Source: Patescibacteria group bacterium (GTDB taxonomy: Bacteria; Patescibacteriota; Minisyncoccia; Phycocordibacterales; CAIZLB01). Taken from it: a stretch of 64,000 nt of DNA. Shown piece by piece: positions 28,413 through 37,256 of this stretch (position 1 is its first letter; every line of letters begins with the position of its first letter). The notes beneath the pieces were generated by a model that was not told the origin of the DNA, did no database searches, and saw nothing but the letters and a program-made list of their open reading frames with translations. The DNA is taken from NCBI GenBank assembly GCA_040386515.1, contig JAZKFG010000002.1, positions 79,074-143,073 of the forward strand, in the 5' to 3' direction. Position numbers and translations under genes: made by a program.

Positions 28413-30215
28413 TTATTTTCCTTTCTTCATCATATCTCGATCAGTCTTTGTCAGACCCTGCTTTCGAAGTCGAACATTCATAGGTGTAACCTCTAGGTAT
28501 TCATCATCTTGCATAACTTCAAGACCTCGTTCGATTGTGATTTCATACGGCGGTACAAGCATAATCATTTCGTCAGTACCAGAAGCTCGCATGTTTGTAA
28601 GTTGCTTAGCTTTAGTTGGGTTAACTTCCATTTCTTCTCCTTTAGATGTGTTTCCAACAACCATACCAGCATATACTTCTGTACTTGGGGCAATATATAG
28701 AACACCTCGAGTCTGTAGGTTTCCAAGAGCAAATGTAAGAGCCTTTCCAGTTTCCATAGAAACCATAGAACCAACTTCTCGCTTCTCAATAACTCCTACA
28801 TGAGGTCGGAATTCGATAAATCGTGAAGATAGAATTCCTTCTCCTTTAGTATCAATTGTAAATTGTCCTCTGTATCCAAGCAGACCTCGTGTTGGCATTT
28901 CAAATACAAGTCGTGTGATTCCATTTCGTTCATTCATCTGAGTCATAAGACCTTTTCGTTTTCCAAGTTTTTCAATAACAGCACCTGAAAATTCTGAAGG
29001 TACATCAACAACCACTTCTTCAAATGGTTCTGATTTTACCCCATCAATATCTTTCATAATTACTTCCGGGTTTGAAACCTGCATTTCAAAACCTTCTCGT
29101 CGCATCTGCTCTAGAAGAACGGCGATGTGAAGTTCTCCTCGTCCGTATACTTTAAATGTATCTCCTGAAGCTGTATCAAAATCAACTTTAAGTCCTACGT
29201 TCACTTCAAGTTCTTTTTCTAGTCTATCTCGAATCTGTCGTGATGTAACATATTTACCTTCTCGTCCTGCGAAAGGTGAGTTGTTAACCAAGAAGTTAAG
29301 AGCAATAGTTGGCTCGTCAACTCCAATAGATGTAAGAAGCTCGATTGATGGATCAGAAGTAATAGTTTCTCCGATAAAGATATCAGTAAGACCGGCAAGC
29401 ATTACAATGTCTCCAACCTCTGCATGCTCTGATTCGATTCGTGACTGTCCTTCAAATGTAAACAATTTAATAATCTTTCCAGTTCGTGGAGCTTTGTCTT
29501 TATTTAAAATATGAACAGTCTGTCCAACTTTAGCTGATCCGTTCCAAACTCGGCAAAGTGCCAACCGTCCTACGAAGTTGTCGTATGCAAGGTTGAATGG
29601 CTGAGCTACGAATACATCATCAGATCGCATTGGCGTTGCTGCAGGAATATGATTTAAAATCATATCAAATAGAGGATCAAGGTTTACAAATTCTTCTTCC
29701 AAAGTTGTTTTTGCAACAGCACTTCGTCCGATTGCATATACAACAGGGAAGTCGAGCTGATCATCTCCAGCGCCAAGCTCAATAAACAATTCTAGGATTT
29801 CATCATGAACTCGTTTTGGATCAGCAGCTGGCTTGTCCAATTTGTTCATAATAATAATAGGCTTAAGTCCAAGCTCAAGTGACTTCTTAAGTACGAATCG
29901 AGTCTGAGGCATAGGTCCTTCCTGTGCATCAACAAGCAAAAGCACAGTATCAATAGAACGAAGTACTCGCTCTACCTCTGAACCGAAGTCGGCGTGACCT
30001 GGTGTGTCTACAATGTTAATCTTGTGCTCCTTATATATAAGAGAGGCGTTTTTAGCGTAAATAGTAATTCCTCGCTCCTGTTCAATAGAGTTAGAGTCCA
30101 TACTTCCGGCGTCTGCTTTGATGGCTCCTGTGTATTTAAGCATGGCGTCAACGAGAGTTGTCTTACCGTGGTCCACATGGGCAATAATAGCGATATTTCT
30201 TATGTCTGTTTTCAT
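28413..30215 (-). CDS. typA: Translational GTPase TypA/BipA
   Basis: IAIIAHVDHGKTTLVD, DTPGHADF, NKLD G-motifs; EF-G-like domains; 600 aa. Confidence 0.9.
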   Translation of the reverse strand: MKTDIRNIAIIAHVDHGKTTLVDAMLKYTGAIKADAGSMDSNSIEQERGITIYAKNASLIYKEHKINIVDTPGHADFGSEVERVLRSIDTVLLLVDAQEGPMPQTRFVLKKSLELGLKPIIIMNKLDKPAADPKRVHDEILELFIELGAGDDQLDFPVVYAIGRSAVAKTTLEEEFVNLDPLFDMILNHIPAATPMRSDDVFVAQPFNLAYDNFVGRLALCRVWNGSAKVGQTVHILNKDKAPRTGKIIKLFTFEGQSRIESEHAEVGDIVMLAGLTDIFIGETITSDPSIELLTSIGVDEPTIALNFLVNNSPFAGREGKYVTSRQIRDRLEKELEVNVGLKVDFDTASGDTFKVYGRGELHIAVLLEQMRREGFEMQVSNPEVIMKDIDGVKSEPFEEVVVDVPSEFSGAVIEKLGKRKGLMTQMNERNGITRLVFEMPTRGLLGYRGQFTIDTKGEGILSSRFIEFRPHVGVIEKREVGSMVSMETGKALTFALGNLQTRGVLYIAPSTEVYAGMVVGNTSKGEEMEVNPTKAKQLTNMRASGTDEMIMLVPPYEITIERGLEVMQDDEYLEVTPMNVRLRKQGLTKTDRDMMKKGK

Positions 30216-30323
30216 CGTATGATGATGACATAAATTTTGAGTTGGTGCAAGGTTGAAGAGTGGTCTAATATAAGGTAGGGCAGGTATTTGCCTTTATGTA
30301 GGGCTTATGCTATATTTTGCCCT

Positions 30324-30632
30324 ATGTTAAACATACGACTACAACGCGTTGGACGAAAGAACGATGCCTCATACAGACTAGTTGCAATCAACTCAAAGTA
30401 CGCTGCCCGAAGTGGTAAGGCTATTGAGATTCTTGGAGCTGTTGATTTTCGAAAAACAAAGATCGAAAAGGAGTCATTTAAAGCAGATAAAATAACTGCA
30501 TATATGAAAACAGGTGCTCAGCTTTCACCAACAGTTCACAACCTACTTATTTCAGTAGGTATTATTGAAGGAAAAAAGATCAACGTGCTATCACGAAAGA
30601 GTCCTATTAAAAAGAAAGAAGAGGCAAAGTAA
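30324..30632 (+). CDS. rpsP: 30S ribosomal protein S16
   Basis: MLNIRLQRVGRKNDASYRLVA matches the bS16 N-terminus. The ORF track's upstream Met (30288) is probably not used. Confidence 0.8.
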   Translation: MLNIRLQRVGRKNDASYRLVAINSKYAARSGKAIEILGAVDFRKTKIEKESFKADKITAYMKTGAQLSPTVHNLLISVGIIEGKKINVLSRKSPIKKKEEAK

Positions 30633-30652
30633 TAAATTTACAAAAATAAAAA

Positions 30653-30688
30653 AGCGGCAGTCCATCACTAATGCCGTTTTTTATTTTT
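30653..30688 (+). terminator. Intrinsic terminator after rpsP, embedded in a longer A/T palindrome
   Basis: GCGGCA-loop-TGCCG stem followed by TTTTTTATTTTT; flanking TTTACAAAAATAAAAAA / TTTTTTATTTTTGTAAA mirror arms. Confidence 0.55.
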
Positions 30689-30773
30689 GTAAATTTTTAA
30701 GACAAAGACATCTGAAAGGATGTTTTTTATTTTTATAAATTTCACTACATGTTGTATTAGTCACAGGTATGTA

Positions 30774-30782
30774 TGCTATAAT
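30774..30782 (+). promoter_or_regulatory. Extended -10 promoter (TGcTATAAT) upstream of the KH-domain gene
   Basis: TGCTATAAT lies 40 nt upstream of the ATG at 30822. A second small hairpin+T-run (ACATC-TGAAAG-GATGTTTTTT) precedes it. Confidence 0.35.
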
Positions 30783-30821
30783 TTTGACATATCAATCAAT
30801 AAACAAAATCAGTAATCAATT

Positions 30822-31088
30822 ATGACATCATCACAAGAAGCAGACGTACAATTTCTAACATTTATTATAAAATCTCTTGCAGAAAACCAAGATGCAATTA
30901 AGATTTCAAGAACTGTAGATGAAATGGGAGTTCTTCTAAGTCTTGAAGTTGATAGAGCAGATATGGGAAAAGTAATTGGACGAGATGGATCAACTGCAAA
31001 AGCAATTCGAACATTGCTACGAGTTTTTGGAATGAAAAATAATTCACGAGTCAATCTTAAGATTAACGAACCTGCAGCAACAGAGTAG
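30822..31088 (+). CDS. KH-domain RNA-binding protein (KhpA/YlqC family)
   Basis: Conserved partner of rpsP; the GxxG KH motif is within VIGRDGSTAKAIRTLL. Confidence 0.7.
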   Translation: MTSSQEADVQFLTFIIKSLAENQDAIKISRTVDEMGVLLSLEVDRADMGKVIGRDGSTAKAIRTLLRVFGMKNNSRVNLKINEPAATE

Positions 31089-31224
31089 TTATCCACAAGA
31101 TTTGTATGCATTAAACTCTTGCATACAGCAAAAAGAAATCATATACTAATATATGTTCTTTGCGAACCTAAAGCTCCGATCCGAAAGGGTCGGTGTTTTC
31201 GTTTCTATTAATGTCCTCTAAACT

Positions 31225-32319
31225 GTGCTATATTCAAGACTAATGTTCAGAAAACTCATACACACACTAAAGCGAAAGACAGTAGGAAAGGGAGATTTAG
31301 GTATCGGTATAGATTTAGGTACTGCTAATACGCTTGTATATATAGAAGGGAAAGGAATCGTTCTTGATGAGCCATCTGTGGTTGCAGTTAATCAAAAAAC
31401 AAGTCAGGTAGTAGCTGTAGGTAATCAGGCTAAGATTATGCTTGGAAAAACACCAGGACATATTCTTGCTATTCGTCCGCTTGTAGAAGGAGTTATTTCT
31501 GACTTTGAAGTAACAGAAGAGATGCTCGCATACGTAATACGAAAGACTGCAGAAGTTTTAAAAGTATCTTCTATTCCAACTGTTGTGATTGGAGTTCCGT
31601 ATGGAGTTACAAACGTAGAGCGAAGAGCTGTGCGTGATGCTGCTCGAAATGCAGGAGCGCGAGTTGTATATATTATAGAAGAGCCAATGGCTGCTGCTAT
31701 TGGAATCGGACTTCCTGTTCATGAGGCAAAGGGAAGTATGATTATTGATATCGGTGGAGGTACAACTGACATTGCAATTATTTCTCTTGGAGGAATTGTA
31801 AAAGGGAAAAATTTAAAAATAGCCGGAGATAGATTTAATACAGATATTATTTCATATATTAGAAATGAATATAAATTGCTTGTAGGAGAAAAAAGTGCAG
31901 AGCAGGTAAAGATTGCACTTTCAACTGTTTCTCCTGCACATCCAGAAATCACACATCCGATTCGCGGACGTGATCTTGTTACAGGATTGCCAAAAGAAAT
32001 TATTCTAACTGACAGTGATATTCATGACGCCATTCATTTATCGGCTGATTCTTTGTTTGAAGCTGTAAAAGAAGTGCTTGAATCAGCACCACCTGAAATT
32101 GTGTCTGATATTATGGTGCATGGTATATGGCTGACAGGTGGCGGCGCACTTATTAAAAATCTAGCAGAATCATTAACAGAATATACAGGTATTCCTGTGT
32201 ATGTTGCTGAAGATCCACTAACTGCAGTTGCTCGAGGGGCAGGTATTATTGCTCAAAATACAAATCTTTACGAAGACTTAATCATTGAAAACGAAGATGA
32301 GCTACCAATCAGGAGATAA
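31225..32319 (+). CDS. mreB: Rod shape-determining actin homolog MreB
   Basis: IGIDLGTANTLVY phosphate-1 motif, DIGGGTTD phosphate-2, actin-fold length. Confidence 0.85.
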   Translation: MLYSRLMFRKLIHTLKRKTVGKGDLGIGIDLGTANTLVYIEGKGIVLDEPSVVAVNQKTSQVVAVGNQAKIMLGKTPGHILAIRPLVEGVISDFEVTEEMLAYVIRKTAEVLKVSSIPTVVIGVPYGVTNVERRAVRDAARNAGARVVYIIEEPMAAAIGIGLPVHEAKGSMIIDIGGGTTDIAIISLGGIVKGKNLKIAGDRFNTDIISYIRNEYKLLVGEKSAEQVKIALSTVSPAHPEITHPIRGRDLVTGLPKEIILTDSDIHDAIHLSADSLFEAVKEVLESAPPEIVSDIMVHGIWLTGGGALIKNLAESLTEYTGIPVYVAEDPLTAVARGAGIIAQNTNLYEDLIIENEDELPIRR

Positions 32320-33226
32320 AAAAAATATATTAGGACATCGACTTTCAAATCGATATCTTTCAAGTGATGCATTCACAAGTTCTGCAGGTAAAACTGGAGG
32401 CAGAAGTATTTCTCGTTTAGGTTCATTATTTTCAAGACAAAAGCATAATCGAAGATTTTCAGGAACAGGACAAAAAGTTGGCTTGTTTGAGTTGAAAAAT
32501 ATTTTCATAAAGCTATGCGTTGTGGCTGCGTGCATTGCAGTTCTTGCGTACACGATTCCATTTACACGGTATAAAATACATGCGATATTTGCAAAATACG
32601 CTGACGTATATAACACAGTTGATGTTACTGAAGCAGATGATGTATTAGGTGTTGATGAAAAATATGTCTCTCCAGTGCTTACCAGTACGGATAGATTTTT
32701 GGTAAATGTTGATGATATGTCAATGTTGGCAAATGGTTCATATGTGTATGCATCGCCTATGAATACCCTTGTTGGAATATTTGAGCTTGCAACATCTTCT
32801 ACTCCACAAGTAGTTTTGTTTTCTGAAGTTGGATTTAAAAATAATCTTTTTCTTAAGGATTCTGCTAATACAATCCCATTTGATGCTGCTGCAACGAATA
32901 CAACTATTTTAAATGCTGGAGACACGGCATCAACTACAACAACTACTGTAAACAGTACAACAAGTGAAGTAGTGCAGATCGCGCATGTAAATGGATATTC
33001 TTCTATTATTTTCGAAGGACTTGGATACGGACAAATGTTAGCTAAAGTTCCACCACAAGTTGAAATTCCTGTAGGAACAATATTGTATGCGAGAACACAA
33101 TCAGGACTTAAACCTGCAGGAAGAGTGAGCTATATTGAAACCGATACAGGCTCTACATTTACAAACGTGTATGCGCAAATATTAACAGCTCCATATGCAA
33201 TATATAAGGTAAAGTTGACTGAGTAG
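32285..33226 (+). CDS. mreC: Probable rod shape-determining protein MreC (bitopic, beta-rich periplasmic domain)
   Basis: Position immediately after mreB and before PBP2; single TM; a C-terminal IPVGTILYARTQSG..GRVSYIE block resembling the MreC core. Confidence 0.45.
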   Translation: MKTKMSYQSGDKKNILGHRLSNRYLSSDAFTSSAGKTGGRSISRLGSLFSRQKHNRRFSGTGQKVGLFELKNIFIKLCVVAACIAVLAYTIPFTRYKIHAIFAKYADVYNTVDVTEADDVLGVDEKYVSPVLTSTDRFLVNVDDMSMLANGSYVYASPMNTLVGIFELATSSTPQVVLFSEVGFKNNLFLKDSANTIPFDAAATNTTILNAGDTASTTTTTVNSTTSEVVQIAHVNGYSSIIFEGLGYGQMLAKVPPQVEIPVGTILYARTQSGLKPAGRVSYIETDTGSTFTNVYAQILTAPYAIYKVKLTE

Positions 33227-33239
33227 GTATAATGTATAT

Positions 33240-35027
33240 ATGAAGCATAAAAAATACACTGAAATAGCTCCTGAAGATGTGCTTCTTGATCAAGCAAACC
33301 TTCCTGCATTTGATAAAACTCAGTTGCAGGGTCGTATTGTGCAATCTGTTGGCGGAGGAGTGCTGCAATTCATTTCTTTCGGAGTGATGTGTGTTATTGG
33401 TGTATTTATGTATTCAGCATATAAAACGCAAGTGGTGCAAGGGGCTTCATTTGCTGAGAAGGCTGAAAATAATAGATTTGAATCAATTCCAATATTTGCG
33501 CCTCGTGGTGCAATATATGATAGGAATAATATTCCTCTTGCCTGGAATACAGGAGATGAATCAGGAAGTATTGCAAATAGATTTTATACCCAAGAAGGAG
33601 GATTTGGAAATCTTTTGGGATATATCAAATTTCCGCGAAAAGATAAAAAAGGTTTTTATATAACTAAAGATACAATTCCTGTCGGAGGAGTGGAGGAATA
33701 TTATAATGATATTCTTGCTGGTAGGCCTGGATCATTATATATAGAAACAAATGCAACAGGGGATGTAGTGTCAGAAACCAAGGCAGATTTTCCGCTTAAG
33801 GGGAAAGATTTACATTTAACGCTTGATAGTGATATTCAGAAAAATTTATATGCCTCAATAAAAAAAGCCTCGCAAGAAAGTGGATACGTTGGCGGAGTAG
33901 GAATGGTTGTGGACGTTCGCGATGGTTCGATACTATCTGCTGTAACGTATCCAGATTTTGATGCAAATGTAATGACGAGCGCAACTGATACAGCTACAAT
34001 ACAAGGGTATCTTTCAAATAAAAGCAGTGTATTCCTGCATAGATATACAAGTGGTTTGTATGCACCAGGATCTATTGTAAAACCTGTATTTGCATATGCT
34101 GCTCTTAAAGAGCATATAGTAACTCCAGAAGAAAAAATATTAAGTACAGGAAAATTAGTTGTGCCAAATCCATATCAAAAAGATGCATTCACAGTCTTTC
34201 GAGACTGGAAAGCTCATGGATATACAAATGTGCGTGAAGCGATAGCAGTGTCTTCTGACGTTTACTTTTACACAGTGGGTGGAGGAGTTCCTGGAAAAGC
34301 AGGGCTCGGCATTAGTAAGCTTAGAGATTATGCAAAAGCCTTTGGTCTAGGAGAAACATTTGAAGGAACTTTTTTCTCATCTAAACAATCAGTTATTCCT
34401 GATCCTGAATGGAAAGCGCGAGTATTTGATGGTGACGAGTGGCGTCTTGGAAATACATATCACTCATCAATTGGTCAGTATGGATTTTCTATTACTCCTG
34501 TTCAGGTATTGGCTATGACAACATTGCTTGCAAATGAAGGAAAATCACTGCCAGTATTTAAATTAACTAAAGAAGAACCGACGCGGCAAATACCTGTTAA
34601 TTCGAATATGGTCGACGGAGGTGGTGCTATATATAATGAAATCCATGAAGGAATGCGATTAACTGTTACAGCTGGAACTGCACAGATTTTAAATATTGGT
34701 GATTTAAAAATTGCAGGAAAAACAGGAACAGCACAAACAGGAGTGGCTAACTCGCACATCAACTCGTGGTTTGTAGGATTTTGGCCATATACAAATCCAA
34801 AATATGCGGTTGCATATTTGCTTGAGAAGGCACCATCAAGTGCAACTAAAGGAGCAGCCTTTTATCTTCGAGATATGTTTGAATCATGTAAATCTTACGG
34901 CTGTGATTTAAGTGTTGCAAAAGAAAATCGTCGAACTGATGGTTCAACAGATTCAACTGAAACAGTGGGTATTGATAACTTAACGAGTACAGAAGATGTA
35001 CCTGCAGAATTGTATGAAAATAGATGA
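33240..35027 (+). CDS. mrdA: Penicillin-binding protein 2 (elongasome transpeptidase)
   Basis: N-terminal TM; SxxK (GSIVKP), SxD/N (SSD) and KTG (KTGTAQ) active-site triad; synteny with mreBC. Confidence 0.8.
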   Translation: MKHKKYTEIAPEDVLLDQANLPAFDKTQLQGRIVQSVGGGVLQFISFGVMCVIGVFMYSAYKTQVVQGASFAEKAENNRFESIPIFAPRGAIYDRNNIPLAWNTGDESGSIANRFYTQEGGFGNLLGYIKFPRKDKKGFYITKDTIPVGGVEEYYNDILAGRPGSLYIETNATGDVVSETKADFPLKGKDLHLTLDSDIQKNLYASIKKASQESGYVGGVGMVVDVRDGSILSAVTYPDFDANVMTSATDTATIQGYLSNKSSVFLHRYTSGLYAPGSIVKPVFAYAALKEHIVTPEEKILSTGKLVVPNPYQKDAFTVFRDWKAHGYTNVREAIAVSSDVYFYTVGGGVPGKAGLGISKLRDYAKAFGLGETFEGTFFSSKQSVIPDPEWKARVFDGDEWRLGNTYHSSIGQYGFSITPVQVLAMTTLLANEGKSLPVFKLTKEEPTRQIPVNSNMVDGGGAIYNEIHEGMRLTVTAGTAQILNIGDLKIAGKTGTAQTGVANSHINSWFVGFWPYTNPKYAVAYLLEKAPSSATKGAAFYLRDMFESCKSYGCDLSVAKENRRTDGSTDSTETVGIDNLTSTEDVPAELYENR

Positions 35028-36234
35028 TTTTAAAAAAATAAAATTACCTGATGCACCGGGTGTATATCTCTTTAAAAAAGGGGATGATATTTTGTATATC
35101 GGTAAAGCTACTTTTTTGACTGATAGAGTTAAAAGTTATTTTTCAGCTGATCTTATTAAGACACGCGGCATGTTATTGGTTGACATGGTGGCCAAAGCTG
35201 AGACTATTGAATATCAAGAAACTGGATCTGTACTTGAAGCATTGTTACTCGAAACTGAACTGATAAAACAGCACAAGCCGCATTATAATACAAAAGAAAA
35301 AGACGATAAAAGTTATTCATATGTTGTGATCACTAAAGAAGAGTATCCGACTATTTACATGCTTCGTGGGAGAAATCTTGAGCGACAAGATAAAAATCAT
35401 TACAGTCATATGTTTGGTCCATTTACATCCGGCGTACAATTGCGAGAGGCACTCCATATTATTCGAAAAATATTTCCATATAAAGATGAAAAATGTGTAG
35501 CAAACTCCGGCAAAATGTGTTTCAACGCCAGTATTGGATTGTGTCCTGGAGTTTGTGTAGGAAAAATTTCTGCAGCTGAGTATAAAAAAGAAGTAAAAAA
35601 GATTGTGCTGTTTTTAGGTGGAAAAACAAAACAGGTAACTGCATTGTTAAAGAAAGAGATGAATGCGCATGCTAAGGCGCTACATTTTGAAAAAGCTGAA
35701 GTGATTAAAAAACAAATATATGCCCTTGAGCATATTCGCGATGTTTCGCTTATCAAACAGGAAAGTATAAAGCCGAAAGTTGAGGGTAAGACAGGTGAGA
35801 CTCGAATAGAAGCATATGATATTGCCCATATGCAGGGGACAAATATGGTAGGAGTTATGGTTGTGATGATTGATGGCGAACTCACACCAAGCGAATATAA
35901 AAAATTTATTATTAAAAGCGTAAAAAGTTCTAACGATCCTGCAGCGCTTCGTGAAGTATTGCTTCGAAGATTTGGACATCCAGAATGGGGAATGCCAAAC
36001 ATTGTTGTAGTTGATGGAAATGATGTGCAAAAAAATGTTGCTCGAGAAATTGTTACTGATACAAGTATTCGTATACTTTCAGTTGTAAAGGATAATCGAC
36101 ACAAAGCTAAAGATATTTTAGGCGAGCTTCCAAAAACCGCATCGCCTGAGGAAATATATAAGATTAATGCTGAGGCTCATAGATTCGCTATTGCATATTT
36201 TAGAAGAAAGCAAAGAAAAAATGCATTGCTCTAG
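34996..36234 (+). CDS. uvrC: Excinuclease ABC subunit C, short form (GIY-YIG + Cys cluster + UVR domain + RNase H-like endonuclease domain, no C-terminal HhH). The start is probably MKIDDF at 35018.
   Basis: GVYLFKKGDDILYIGKA (GIY-YIG), CFNASIGLCPGVCVG, the UVR helix LHFEKAEVIKKQIYALE, and IEAYDIAHMQGT. Confidence 0.6.
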   Translation: MYLQNCMKIDDFKKIKLPDAPGVYLFKKGDDILYIGKATFLTDRVKSYFSADLIKTRGMLLVDMVAKAETIEYQETGSVLEALLLETELIKQHKPHYNTKEKDDKSYSYVVITKEEYPTIYMLRGRNLERQDKNHYSHMFGPFTSGVQLREALHIIRKIFPYKDEKCVANSGKMCFNASIGLCPGVCVGKISAAEYKKEVKKIVLFLGGKTKQVTALLKKEMNAHAKALHFEKAEVIKKQIYALEHIRDVSLIKQESIKPKVEGKTGETRIEAYDIAHMQGTNMVGVMVVMIDGELTPSEYKKFIIKSVKSSNDPAALREVLLRRFGHPEWGMPNIVVVDGNDVQKNVAREIVTDTSIRILSVVKDNRHKAKDILGELPKTASPEEIYKINAEAHRFAIAYFRRKQRKNALL

Positions 36235-36266
36235 TTTTTTCCGTGATATACTTATATATATAAATT

Positions 36267-37232
36267 ATGAGTATGAGATTTTTGCACATCAAACGAGCAT
36301 ATGTTGTTGATGCTACCTATACCTACGAGGTGGAGCGTGATCTTATGTCTAATAGTGCTCTTCTTGATTCAGTTTATGGAGTAAGTTTACATGATGTGTG
36401 TGCGATTACAGAAAATGGAGAGTGGCTAGTGCAGGGAAAGAAAATTGATCCAACAATTTTTTTGAAGTCATACGCAATAGTATTCGTATATATTCATAGC
36501 CCAAATAATGCATATGACAGGGCACAACTTATGTGCAAAGCCTATGCAGAAAAGCATGTTATGGTATATAAGGCAACTGATGCTATTGCGCACCATGCGG
36601 AACGACTAGCATCACTTATAGAGACATATAAGCTTGAAGCTAAAATCCCTCATCAAATACATGTTGATTTAACAGATCATAATCAGAACTTTACACCGTC
36701 TGAGATAATAGCAGGGAAGCATATTAGAAATGTATTTTTGCCGGTGCATGTAATCCCGTCACTGTATCGTCTGCATGTACCGGATATGCATAAAAAATTA
36801 TTGGCAAATAATCACGCTGAGCTATCGGAGCATATTGATTCTCTTCGACATGCAAATGATCACATTACGTTGAGATCGCAAATTACCGGCGAATCAATAT
36901 TCATCGCGGCGATTCCAGGCCTCAGAGAAAAAAAAATATATATTACTATGCCACTGATTTCAAAGACTATGGGTCCAGAAACTTTTTTTATCCCCGCACA
37001 ACTGAAAGAAAATCAAAAAAAGGAACTGCACAATGTGGTATTTGATATTTCTCATATTTTATTTCCAACAACAGGTGCAGTTTTTGCCCTTCAAGCACAT
37101 CCAAAAAGGGGGGTTTTTGTGCAAGCAACAGCGCCGCTTTATTTTTTTATGTTGCATAATCATAATTTTCTACAGGAGATTTCAGAAACCCATGGAATAC
37201 CTTTGAAAAATTTGTTTGAGAGTATGATTTAG
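36267..37232 (+). CDS. Hypothetical protein (321 aa, His-rich, no recognisable domain)
   Basis: Long ORF with gene-like composition; no motif recognised. Confidence 0.35.
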   Translation: MSMRFLHIKRAYVVDATYTYEVERDLMSNSALLDSVYGVSLHDVCAITENGEWLVQGKKIDPTIFLKSYAIVFVYIHSPNNAYDRAQLMCKAYAEKHVMVYKATDAIAHHAERLASLIETYKLEAKIPHQIHVDLTDHNQNFTPSEIIAGKHIRNVFLPVHVIPSLYRLHVPDMHKKLLANNHAELSEHIDSLRHANDHITLRSQITGESIFIAAIPGLREKKIYITMPLISKTMGPETFFIPAQLKENQKKELHNVVFDISHILFPTTGAVFALQAHPKRGVFVQATAPLYFFMLHNHNFLQEISETHGIPLKNLFESMI

Positions 37233-37256
37233 CGTATAATAATATACATATTAATT

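Noticed and set aside
32302-32925. 207-aa antisense ORF within mreC
   Set aside because: Entirely antisense to a syntenic mreB-mreC-mrdA operon; low-complexity translation; no start context.
35406-36104. 232-aa and 116-aa antisense ORFs within uvrC
   Set aside because: Antisense to a gene with clear GIY-YIG/UVR motifs; Ser/Thr/Ile-rich translation typical of AT-rich antisense frames.
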